Below, piece after piece: positions 1 through 8,140 of a DNA stretch of 64,000 bases (positions are counted from its first letter, which is position 1; every line of letters starts with the position of its first letter). The stretch is taken from IMG/VR virus record IMGVR_UViG_3300027759_000044; one strand, given 5' to 3'. This stretch comes from a virus. Taxonomy: Duplodnaviria > Caudoviricetes. A program made the position numbers and the translations under genes. The notes under the pieces were generated by a model. The model was not told the DNA's origin. It did not search any database and was given only the letters and a program-made list of their open reading frames with translations.

Positions 1-410
1 AACCATTGATATATTGCACTATTATGTGAGTCTGCTGTGATATACAAATGGTCGTACTGCACCGTATTTTCAATAATTTTTGGAAGAATAAATTCTCCCA
101 TGCAGTATTTAGTTCGATATTTTGGATTAATATAGGCCCTAGTTAATGCGAGTGCTATTGTTTGATCTAAGTCATACTCATTGTATCCAGCACTACATAC
201 ATACTCGCCTTCATCTTCTAGCACGTAGTAACATCCACGATTGTATCTTCCGTGTACATCATTCAATATATAAAAAATATTGGCAGGATCATTTTTGTAA
301 TCAGGATGATAATTTTTGATAATATCATTATCTGTTATCTTAGAAAGAGAAACCTCTAACAAGTTCATTACAAACTTATTAGAGGAATCATGTAGCTCAT
401 TCAATAACAT
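1..410 (-). CDS. Hypothetical protein, possibly GNAT-fold acetyltransferase (runs off the window start)
   Basis: Not in the ORF track. Manual translation from ATG at 410 (TAATG overlap with the rubredoxin stop): MLLNELHDSSNKFVMNLL...YVCSAGYNEYDLDQTIALALTRAYINPKYRTKYCMGEFILPKII...; open to position 3. The RAYINPKYR segment resembles the GNAT motif A (V-x-P-x-Y-R). Confidence 0.6.
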   Translation of the reverse strand, partial: MLLNELHDSSNKFVMNLLEVSLSKITDNDIIKNYHPDYKNDPANIFYILNDVHGRYNRGCYYVLEDEGEYVCSAGYNEYDLDQTIALALTRAYINPKYRTKYCMGEFILPKIIENTVQYDHLYITADSHNSAIYQW

Positions 411-538
411 TAAATAGTTTCGTAATCAACTTTAAAGCCGCCGCATTCTGGGCAGGGAAAATCTTCTGGTAGATCATCCCATTTTCCTTCTGTTTCTTCA
501 TCATGTACATGTCCGCAAATTACGCATATATGATCCAT
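410..538 (-). CDS. Rubredoxin (short, 42 aa)
   Basis: Not in the ORF track. MDHICVICGHVHDEETEGKWDDLPEDFPCPECGGFKVDYETI*: two CxxCG knuckles plus the W-x-D-L-P-E-D-F-x-C-P signature. Its ATG overlaps the rubrerythrin TGA (TGATG). Confidence 0.9.
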   Translation of the reverse strand: MDHICVICGHVHDEETEGKWDDLPEDFPCPECGGFKVDYETI

Positions 539-1002
539 CATTCTGCTCCCTTTGTTAGTTCATCTAATTTTTGTTGATATGCTTCTGCATGACGCTTCTC
601 TACTTTAGCAAGTGCGGCAAAACGCTTTTCGGCTTTATTTAGTATTGTTTGGAATTCACTAGCATGACGCTGTGATTCTTCAATCTGATGTTGTGCTTCT
701 TTTGCCGCAAGTAAATTACCTTCAAATTCTGCAATCTCACGGAACTCAGGGTACATAACCTGATACTCATAAGTCTCACCTTCAATTGCCATCTCTAAAC
801 ATTGTTTAGTATCTGGCTTCTTAATAAGCAATTCTAAATGACCCCAGGCATGTAATAGCTCTTGGTCTGCTGTATGCTCAAAATGTTTTGCAATATCCTC
901 ATATCCTTCAGCACGTGCTATTTTTGCAAAATATTTATATTTTACATGTGCTTGGCTTTCGCCGGCTAGTGCCCCTTGTAGGCTAGTTATAGTTTCTGAC
1001 AT
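538..1002 (-). CDS. rbr: Rubrerythrin (ferritin-like di-iron protein without a fused rubredoxin domain)
   Basis: AGESQA..KY.YFAKIA..EG, QExxHAWGH, AIEGETYEY..MYPEF, EESQRHA and VEKRHA motifs; SD AAGGAGA upstream. Confidence 0.92.
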   Translation of the reverse strand: MSETITSLQGALAGESQAHVKYKYFAKIARAEGYEDIAKHFEHTADQELLHAWGHLELLIKKPDTKQCLEMAIEGETYEYQVMYPEFREIAEFEGNLLAAKEAQHQIEESQRHASEFQTILNKAEKRFAALAKVEKRHAEAYQQKLDELTKGAE

Positions 1003-1023
1003 AGTTTCTCCTTTGTGTGTAAA

Positions 1024-1326
1024 TCATTCATCAGTGGATTTTAATCCATTACTGTGTTTATCTGTTGTTTTTTCAATATCCTGAAATAAACGTTTCTCTT
1101 GTGCTGTTAGTTTATCTTTATGTGACCTACGTGGGTTGCCACATATATAACATTCTTTATTACCACAATCCATTACATGATGTTTTGTTAACCTGTGTGG
1201 TTCTTTTACTACTTTATCTTTAGTAGTTAACCCGTGTGCTTTTGCTATCTTAACTTGTTTCTTAACTGCTGTTTCGTCCCGATATCGGCGTTGTGAGTTT
1301 AAAAATTTTGCTAATTCATTGGCCAT
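1024..1326 (-). CDS. Hypothetical basic protein with a Cys cluster (DCGNKECYICGN)
   Basis: 100-aa ORF packed between iscU and rbr; C-x4-C-x2-C motif suggests metal binding. Confidence 0.7.
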   Translation of the reverse strand: MANELAKFLNSQRRYRDETAVKKQVKIAKAHGLTTKDKVVKEPHRLTKHHVMDCGNKECYICGNPRRSHKDKLTAQEKRLFQDIEKTTDKHSNGLKSTDE

Positions 1327-1705
1327 TATATCTCTTTCTATAATCTTCTACTGCGGCTTTGATGGCGTCTTCGGCAAGGATACTACAGTGGATTTTAACT
1401 GGGGGGAGGCTGAGTTCGTCGGCAATATGGGAGTTTTTAATGGATGTTGCTTCATCCAATGTTTTACCCTTGACCCAGTCTGTGACAAGGCTTGAAGAAG
1501 CAATTGCCGACCCACACCCATATGTTTTAAATTTGGCATCTGTTATTATTCCTGTTTCTTTATTTACTTTTATTTGGAGCCGCATCACATCACCGCATGC
1601 CGGGGCACCTACCATACCTGTACCTATATCATCTTCATCTTTACTAAAACTTCCCACATTTCGTGGGTTTTCATAGTGGTCAATTACTTGTGCGCTATAA
1701 GCCAT
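1316..1705 (-). CDS. iscU: Fe-S cluster scaffold protein IscU
   Basis: VIDHYENPRNVG, GAPACGDVM, FKTYGCGSAIASSS and LPPVKIHCS: all three Cys, the conserved Asp and His and the HscA-binding LPPVK motif are intact. Confidence 0.97.
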   Translation of the reverse strand: MAYSAQVIDHYENPRNVGSFSKDEDDIGTGMVGAPACGDVMRLQIKVNKETGIITDAKFKTYGCGSAIASSSLVTDWVKGKTLDEATSIKNSHIADELSLPPVKIHCSILAEDAIKAAVEDYRKRYNGQ

Positions 1706-1708
1706 ATA

Positions 1709-1825
1709 TTAATCCTTTTTGAACATCGTCAAAATCTTTGTTTGAATGTTCTTTGCGAATTCAGGCTGTGGGAAATTCCAACCAATAAAAGCACCCAGTG
1801 CTAACCAAAATAATGTTTCTAACAT
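1709..1825 (-). CDS. Small single-pass membrane protein (38 aa)
   Basis: Not in the ORF track. MLETLFWLALGAFIGWNFPQPEFAKNIQTKILTMFKKD*, with SD AAGGAG upstream and a hydrophobic N-terminal half. Confidence 0.7.
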   Translation of the reverse strand: MLETLFWLALGAFIGWNFPQPEFAKNIQTKILTMFKKD

Positions 1826-1849
1826 GATATATACTCCTTGTATGTATTG

Positions 1850-1856
1850 TATTTAG
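1850..1856 (-). promoter_or_regulatory. gp55-type late promoter box (CTAAATA) heading the membrane peptide-iscU-rbr-rubredoxin unit
   Basis: Matches the xTAAATA box that recurs upstream of many structural genes here; the T4 late consensus is TATAAATA. Confidence 0.55.
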
Positions 1857-2428
1857 TATTCTTCTTTATCATCAATTACAATCCAGCCTAATTTTAACAA
1901 ATCTTCTCGTATCTCATCAGTTACACAACTTTCTGGGACAAACTTTTTACCTTGTATATATCCTTCTTGTTGTTCTTTTGTAAGTGCTTGATATTCATCA
2001 TCATCTAGTATCTTACTATCTTTAATACCACTACAGTACCAATCAATGTAGTCACCCTTCTCTTGCATATCAGCAATAATACCACCGGCATGTCTCCAAC
2101 TACAACTCCATTTTTTCTCAGTTAATATAGGCCATACATCATTTTTAGTAAAATCATTGTTACACATAGAAGCATAAAGATGTTGTGCGTATACATCATC
2201 AGCTTTAGTTTTATCTATAATCCATTGAGTACTACGTAAGTCATACTCCATATTATCTTTTTTCCACTCGTCAGTTTCTTCAAGTTCAAGCCGTTGTTGT
2301 TGCCATGACTTATATACTTGAATAGTTCCTTCTACATCTTCTGCCTTTGCAGTACCTAGCTCAACTTCTTCAACTAGTCTTTTAATTTGAAATGTGCCAC
2401 GATTTGGACTTTTACTTATCATCTTCAA
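1853..2428 (-). CDS. Hypothetical protein
   Basis: 191-aa ORF with Trp/Cys motifs (LYASMCNN, WSCSWRHAGG, DWYCSGI); no family recognised. Confidence 0.75.
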   Translation of the reverse strand: MKMISKSPNRGTFQIKRLVEEVELGTAKAEDVEGTIQVYKSWQQQRLELEETDEWKKDNMEYDLRSTQWIIDKTKADDVYAQHLYASMCNNDFTKNDVWPILTEKKWSCSWRHAGGIIADMQEKGDYIDWYCSGIKDSKILDDDEYQALTKEQQEGYIQGKKFVPESCVTDEIREDLLKLGWIVIDDKEEY

Positions 2429-2888
2429 CCTCTATCCAAGTATGATCGCCTAACCATTTAACTTTACATATATATTCGTAATCAATCGGCTTACCGGTTG
2501 ACCAATCATTAGGTCCGTTAATACTCAATCTTGTAATCTGTTTACGTGTGTCAAACAATAACCAATAGATGTTACCATTCGATAATTGAAAATCATACTT
2601 TGCGGCATGTACCATATCAGTCAAATCAAGTCTATGCTTAATCTGTTCTGCTTGCTTCTGTAATACTTCAACTAGTTCCATGATTCTGTCATATTCTTGC
2701 TTGGCATGCAACCTTGCAACATTTAACATAATGTCTTTATGCTTCTCTACTGGTACTAAATCAAATTTAGGTCCTGAACTTTCTGTAGCGTAGGGTGTTA
2801 CATTACGATTAAAGAAATGAATCAACGATCCGGAACTAGTAGAATCATAACTACTGACGCCATTAGCTGAATTAGGTTTGTCGCTCAT
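2412..2888 (-). CDS. DUF2452-like protein
   Basis: The TPYATESSGPKF / AKYDFQLSNGNIYWL / LSINGPNDW / WLGDHTW pattern resembles DUF2452 as recalled. Confidence 0.6.
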   Translation of the reverse strand: MSDKPNSANGVSSYDSTSSGSLIHFFNRNVTPYATESSGPKFDLVPVEKHKDIMLNVARLHAKQEYDRIMELVEVLQKQAEQIKHRLDLTDMVHAAKYDFQLSNGNIYWLLFDTRKQITRLSINGPNDWSTGKPIDYEYICKVKWLGDHTWIEVEDDK

Positions 2889-2894
2889 TAGCTA

Positions 2895-3488
2895 TTATAT
2901 ATCATTTTCTGATTTAACTGTAGGCTTTTGGGTAGGCTTTTTAGCCTTACTATAGAATATATGATTGCCAATTTTGGCTACTTGTTTATACGGCCACAAT
3001 GGATCTACACTTAAATTATGAAAAAATAATGCTGATCTGGGAATTACATCCTTGTATTCATCGTATGCTAATACATTATAGGCTACTTGTTCTGCTTGTT
3101 TATATTTTGTACTGTTTTTATTAGGATCATTTTTACCCTCACATACCCAACTAAACTGGCATAGTTTAACTTTCTGTACTTCATCATCTACTAGTTTATC
3201 TACCTGAGATGTTTGATATATTACAGCACATGGGTTATTACCAAAACCATGTGCGATTCTATTCATTACTACACGTGCCACTGCCGCTTGCCCATTCAAT
3301 GATTCACTGCCTGCTTCATAGAATATGTTTTTTGCTAAACAGTTTAATTGTTTTGGATCCACTATTTTTGCTACTTTAATTTCTTCAACAATTGTATTAT
3401 TTTCTACAGGTATTATTGGCCCAAAAGTAAGAACTAGAGTGACAAATATAATTGCTATTACAATTTTAATAGGTTGGCTTAAATTCAT
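2895..3488 (-). CDS. SleB/CwlJ-like cell-wall hydrolase (Hydrolase_2) with an N-terminal hydrophobic anchor
   Basis: CLAKNIFYEAG.E...GQAAVARVVMNR, CAVIYQ, CQFSW, ALFFH and IGNHIFY motifs; hydrophobic stretch IVIAIIFVTLVLTFG at the N-terminus. Confidence 0.88.
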   Translation of the reverse strand: MNLSQPIKIVIAIIFVTLVLTFGPIIPVENNTIVEEIKVAKIVDPKQLNCLAKNIFYEAGSESLNGQAAVARVVMNRIAHGFGNNPCAVIYQTSQVDKLVDDEVQKVKLCQFSWVCEGKNDPNKNSTKYKQAEQVAYNVLAYDEYKDVIPRSALFFHNLSVDPLWPYKQVAKIGNHIFYSKAKKPTQKPTVKSENDI

Positions 3489-3523
3489 AATTTATCCTTT
3501 CTGCTTATTAAACGGTGAGGGAT

Positions 3524-5104
3524 TTAAATATTATCCCAACAATCACAATTGCAACGAATTACTTCGTCTATTGCTTCTTGTACAGAATAAGTTGCAGGTA
3601 ATAAAATGTCAGATGCATATATTACCGATAATTGAGGTGGTATTAAATTACTATACCTTGAACCAGCAAAACTTCCTGGCTCAACTGCTTCACCTACATC
3701 TATTGCCTGACCGTCACTATAATAACGTTCATCAGTTGGATTATAATATCCAGCTGGGATTGGTGATCCAATCTCAGTTGCTAATGTTGCTGGAATACTA
3801 CCACCCAATGTTCCATTAGCAATTAACTCTGATTCTTGTTGTTTAGTTAATTTGTTATCTATGTTGTTATCTACTGGTATACCTGCTTCTTGTAATCTAG
3901 CCTGATTGCGAGATTCACGTAACATTGCCACAAGACTTTGCCCTCCCGCAGTATTATAATCAGCGATAGCTTCCAGTGTCTGTGAATACATATGCGGTTG
4001 TGTAAATGTAGCATAACGTGGTATAGTATCTACAAACGCATATTGTGTTGTAGGGTATGACGCTATTGTTGGTTCTCTTAAATTGTCCGGAGAACTATTA
4101 GGTACTCTAATTGGCAAACCAGTAACAATTGCACGTTGTTCTGTTGATAATATTTTACCAGTCAATTCCCAATTAGTAATTAACTGTTGTGCAGTTGCCG
4201 GTTTAGTATTTTTAATTGATAATATTTCAGCATTGGCAGCATCAATATAATCTTGAACAATACTATTAGAGAAACTTGAGCCACCCGGGGGATATGCTAT
4301 TGATATTGTAGGGACGGACCCTGATGTGCCTGGAGTAAAATTCAATGTGGTAACTCTACCAAAATTTGTAATGTCAGTGTCATCAGTTCCGATAGTGGCA
4401 GTAACAGTAGCACCATTAACTGTAACTACAGGAGCGGCTGCTCCTTCACGTCCATATCCACCGCCCGGGTCAGTAAGTGTTACTCCTGTTGTAGTATATG
4501 TGCTTATACCATCATATGTATATTGAATTGTAGCAGTTGCACGTTCCCATGTTACTGCCAAATATAATTGCTTATAAATGTTAAGTAATGTAGTTGTTTG
4601 TAAATTCTTTGTTAATCCATCAATATCTATACCAAGATAAGGTAATCCACTCATACATCCTAAGAAATTACTCATGGTATACGTGCCATATGGGCCATTA
4701 CCTAATGCAATTAATGCTAGTCCTTGACTTGCTAATGTAGTATCAGTTGGAACACTGGTACCACTGACACTCAAATTTTTAGTTGTTTCTAAACTATTAA
4801 CTACTTGTGCAAACTTTTCAATTGGTATACTTGATATGTTTTTAATCTGTTGAATTGACGCACTAAAACAACCGGCAGCTTTGGCAATATCAGGTGGTAG
4901 TATACCATCTAAGTATGAACCAAACCCTTGCGGAATAGCTTGTATTGCTAATGTATTAGATTGTGTACCTTCAGGTGTAATTTGTTCTGTGCTAGATTGG
5001 GGAACATTTGTACTAGGGGCAGTAGTTTCATATGCATTGCTAGCAGGACCATCCATATCATTACGCTCTGATACTAATCTATTATTTTGAAAAAAACCAG
5101 CCAT
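3524..5104 (-). CDS. Putative baseplate/virion structural protein
   Basis: 526-aa ORF in a unit with the PAAR gene; contains a TDPGGGYG..P.VTV..AT.TA..G beta-module typical of T4-like baseplate/sheath proteins; ends in CNCDCW. Confidence 0.55.
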   Translation of the reverse strand: MAGFFQNNRLVSERNDMDGPASNAYETTAPSTNVPQSSTEQITPEGTQSNTLAIQAIPQGFGSYLDGILPPDIAKAAGCFSASIQQIKNISSIPIEKFAQVVNSLETTKNLSVSGTSVPTDTTLASQGLALIALGNGPYGTYTMSNFLGCMSGLPYLGIDIDGLTKNLQTTTLLNIYKQLYLAVTWERATATIQYTYDGISTYTTTGVTLTDPGGGYGREGAAAPVVTVNGATVTATIGTDDTDITNFGRVTTLNFTPGTSGSVPTISIAYPPGGSSFSNSIVQDYIDAANAEILSIKNTKPATAQQLITNWELTGKILSTEQRAIVTGLPIRVPNSSPDNLREPTIASYPTTQYAFVDTIPRYATFTQPHMYSQTLEAIADYNTAGGQSLVAMLRESRNQARLQEAGIPVDNNIDNKLTKQQESELIANGTLGGSIPATLATEIGSPIPAGYYNPTDERYYSDGQAIDVGEAVEPGSFAGSRYSNLIPPQLSVIYASDILLPATYSVQEAIDEVIRCNCDCWDNI

Positions 5105-6210
5105 TATGTTACTACTCCATTTTGTTGGATTGCTGTAGGTGATCTTAGTTGACTGTTTAATCCATCATTTACATAGATAGGATAATATATTTTGCTATTA
5201 GCCGGTCCACCAACTGTATTGTATATTGGAACTGTTAATGTTGTATAACTATTAGGAAATAACTTTATTGGATTCAATAAATCAGCTAATGATTCTAATC
5301 CCACGGTCTTACAATTTAATGATACTAATACATCTTTTAAATCTTGTCCTAATATAATACCAAACGCGCCGTATATCTTACGTTCTTGTTCTTTTGTCAC
5401 TGCTGATATATTTCCCAGCATCTGTTCTAACTCGGTTACATTTATATTACTAGCAATCAAAGCAAGACTTACTGATTTAGTAATAGCATTATTTTTTTGT
5501 AGTGTGGATAATAAATTACTAGGCAACCCAAATGTAGCAATAGTTTGTAAATTTATTGCTTTACCACTAGCAATTAAATCTTGCCCAAATACAGTAGTTG
5601 CTACACTTACACCAGTAATATCACCTGTTATTAAATCGTTCATATTACTATATGTACCATCTAAGAATTCTTGTGAATTGTTTACTGCTAATATAGCATC
5701 ATTACTAGATTCAATAAAACTATAAGATGACATAAAGCCGGATAAGAAATCTTTATATGCACCGCTATCTGCTGATAGTCCACTATTATAATTAAATTCG
5801 TTATAACCTTGCAAAGCAAACAATCTCACATAACCCCAACGTGTTACTTCATTTGTATATGTATAGTTGCTTGCCCAATTAGGATAACCAGTCCAGTTAA
5901 ATGTTGATGGTGGACTATTGCCTAACGCAGGAATACTTGTAGAACCTATAGATATTAAATTATTATAGGTTGTACTATTAATATTAGTAGCCCATCCAGG
6001 AGCTCCTCTAGCATAAGCATCATTGATAGCATATGTAAGTAATCTTAAACAAGTATCATTAACAATCTTACCTAATTGAGTAGCAGATGACGCACTGGTA
6101 CTAGAACCAGTAAAGTCTATCATAATAGGGTTAATATTAAATCCAATATTTTGTAATAATGAACTTAATGTGTTAACACCTAATGGACTTTGTTTACCTG
6201 TATCGCTCAT
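5104..6210 (-). CDS. Putative baseplate/virion structural protein
   Basis: 368-aa ORF translationally coupled to the PAAR gene (ATGA) and the downstream gene (TAATG). Confidence 0.5.
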   Translation of the reverse strand: MSDTGKQSPLGVNTLSSLLQNIGFNINPIMIDFTGSSTSASSATQLGKIVNDTCLRLLTYAINDAYARGAPGWATNINSTTYNNLISIGSTSIPALGNSPPSTFNWTGYPNWASNYTYTNEVTRWGYVRLFALQGYNEFNYNSGLSADSGAYKDFLSGFMSSYSFIESSNDAILAVNNSQEFLDGTYSNMNDLITGDITGVSVATTVFGQDLIASGKAINLQTIATFGLPSNLLSTLQKNNAITKSVSLALIASNINVTELEQMLGNISAVTKEQERKIYGAFGIILGQDLKDVLVSLNCKTVGLESLADLLNPIKLFPNSYTTLTVPIYNTVGGPANSKIYYPIYVNDGLNSQLRSPTAIQQNGVVT

Positions 6211-6491
6211 GGAACAAACACATCAGGACTACCTTGTACGATACTATGACCGCAAGTGTTTCCTGATCCTACTCTAAGTACTGGTGCACCTTCACAAAAT
6301 ACAGTAGGACTACCTTCAGTAGTTGATGCGTTTTTGTGCGGTGGATGAGGTTTTCTAGCCCAAGGAGCGTGTGGGGTAATCTGACTAACATGTAATCCAA
6401 CTTGAATTCCATTCGCAAATACAGTACTAGCACCACGCATTATTGCGCCGCCTTCCTGATTTGTATCACCCACACGACTTAGTTTTGCCAT
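6207..6491 (-). CDS. PAAR-domain spike tip protein (T4 gp5.4-like)
   Basis: SRVGD....GG.I..G..TVF.NG, H-x-P..H and GSPTVF.EG.PVLRVG...TCGH.I.QGSPDVF: three PAAR-like repeats with His/Cys Zn ligands. Confidence 0.9.
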   Translation of the reverse strand: MAKLSRVGDTNQEGGAIMRGASTVFANGIQVGLHVSQITPHAPWARKPHPPHKNASTTEGSPTVFCEGAPVLRVGSGNTCGHSIVQGSPDVFVP

Positions 6492-6492
6492 T

Positions 6493-6798
6493 TTATCCCA
6501 ATACGATTTTTTTACTAGGTACCTTAATGCCAGTTGTTGCTTCTAGGTACTTATCTTTTATGTTGTCATCTGTCTCTGCATACATTGCAACACTAGTAGT
6601 ATTTAGTCTATATTCGCCCTTCGGATCTGCGGTAAAGATACTTGGAATCATTTGCATACCTTGTTGACTTGGTGCAATAGATACCGGTTCTTCAATCTGA
6701 ATAAACTCACTACCAGCTTGAATTACTTTAGCAATAAGTTCTTCTCCTGAGTTAAGTTTAAATGTGTATACAGTGTTTGGTTGTATTGATATTTGCAT
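6493..6798 (-). CDS. Conserved phage protein with a probable Sm-like fold
   Basis: FKLNSGEELIAKV...IQIEEPV pattern recalled from Sm_like proteins of T4-like phages. Confidence 0.5.
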   Translation of the reverse strand: MQISIQPNTVYTFKLNSGEELIAKVIQAGSEFIQIEEPVSIAPSQQGMQMIPSIFTADPKGEYRLNTTSVAMYAETDDNIKDKYLEATTGIKVPSKKIVLG

Positions 6799-7028
6799 TA
6801 CGCTGCCTTTGTTAAAAATTGTTTAAGTTCGTTAAATCCACCGATCAATTCACCATCAATGATAATTTGTGGTACTGTTCGTGCTGATGGAATTGCTTCT
6901 AATAGTTCTTCTTTAGTGTACCCGTCTCCGATTTTCTTTTCTTCAAACGGGATTTCTCGTTGACCCAACAATGCTTTTGCTTGGTCACAATAGGGACAGT
7001 GATATTTACTCCATACGATTGCTTTCAT
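6798..7028 (-). CDS. grx: Glutaredoxin (RNR electron donor)
   Basis: CPYC active site, RTVPQI and IGGFNEL; adjacent to nrdB. Confidence 0.95.
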   Translation of the reverse strand: MKAIVWSKYHCPYCDQAKALLGQREIPFEEKKIGDGYTKEELLEAIPSARTVPQIIIDGELIGGFNELKQFLTKAA

Positions 7029-7039
7029 TATTATTCTCC

Positions 7040-8140
7040 TTAAATATTTGGTAAGTCATCATAATCCAGTGACTCTGACATAATTCCTATTACATAGTTT
7101 GTGCTTTCCGTTTCTTGAAGTGCGGACTGCTTCTTACTCGTATCACTATGTTTATTAAACCATGGAATAGGTGTGCTTTTTGGGGCAGGACTATTATATT
7201 TAATACCAATCTCTTTCAATGCTCCTACAGCAGTATAATCAACAAAGTCTTTTAATACAGTTGAATTCAATCCAATAACTGGACCAAACTTAAATAAGTA
7301 ATCAGCCCACTCTTTTTCTTCACGTATAACATCCATATAAAGCTGATAGACTTCACCTTCACATTCTGATTTAACTTGTGCAAAACGGCTGTCTTCTTTA
7401 ACTACTTGATTAATAAGGTAAGCAGTCCACCCTTTATGGAGAAGTTCATCTTGGAGAATTAAACTGATAATATTGCCATTACCAATAAAGATTTTGTTCT
7501 CAACCATTGCTAACGATGTAGCAAATGATACCATAAATCGGAATGCTTCCAATGCGTAACTAGCATGTAGTGCCAGATAAATTGCTTTAATATGTTCTTT
7601 TTCATTAACATCTTCACCCAATTCTTTACGACAATTAACTTTGTGTAATGCATCATAGTAGTTACCTACACTACTTGCCATATCTACAATCTCTTTTGTA
7701 TCGTGGATAGTATTGAATACATCTTTAGGCACATTATAAATGTTACGAATGATGTGGCTGTAACTACGACTGTGAATGTTGGTTTCAAAGAATGTCCAGT
7801 TGTAAATCAATGCTTCTAATTCAGGTAACGATACTACTGGAGTGAATACTTGACTTGGTGCTCGTCCTTGTAAACTGTCTAATGCTGTTTGTCTTAGTAA
7901 GTTACTAGTAAAGATATGTTTTACTGTATCGCTTGAGTCTTTGAAATCATTGGCATCTTTAGTTAATGAAATTTCTTCTGGGACCCAGAAGAAGCCACGC
8001 GCCGTTGTTTCAAAGTCGGCAATCTTTTTATACTTAACCTCTTCAAATCTTTGAATGGTTACGGGACCTTCCGGGTCCAAAAACATTTTTCTGTTCAAAT
8101 AATCTGTCTTAGTGTTTAAGTTGTATTGTTGTTTACTCAT
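7040..8140 (-). CDS. nrdB: Ribonucleotide reductase class Ia beta subunit
   Basis: FWVPEEI, LDSLQGR, ETNIHSRSY (radical Tyr), LEAFRF and DELLH iron ligands; C-terminal QETE.TNY tail. Confidence 0.97.
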   Translation of the reverse strand: MSKQQYNLNTKTDYLNRKMFLDPEGPVTIQRFEEVKYKKIADFETTARGFFWVPEEISLTKDANDFKDSSDTVKHIFTSNLLRQTALDSLQGRAPSQVFTPVVSLPELEALIYNWTFFETNIHSRSYSHIIRNIYNVPKDVFNTIHDTKEIVDMASSVGNYYDALHKVNCRKELGEDVNEKEHIKAIYLALHASYALEAFRFMVSFATSLAMVENKIFIGNGNIISLILQDELLHKGWTAYLINQVVKEDSRFAQVKSECEGEVYQLYMDVIREEKEWADYLFKFGPVIGLNSTVLKDFVDYTAVGALKEIGIKYNSPAPKSTPIPWFNKHSDTSKKQSALQETESTNYVIGIMSESLDYDDLPNI

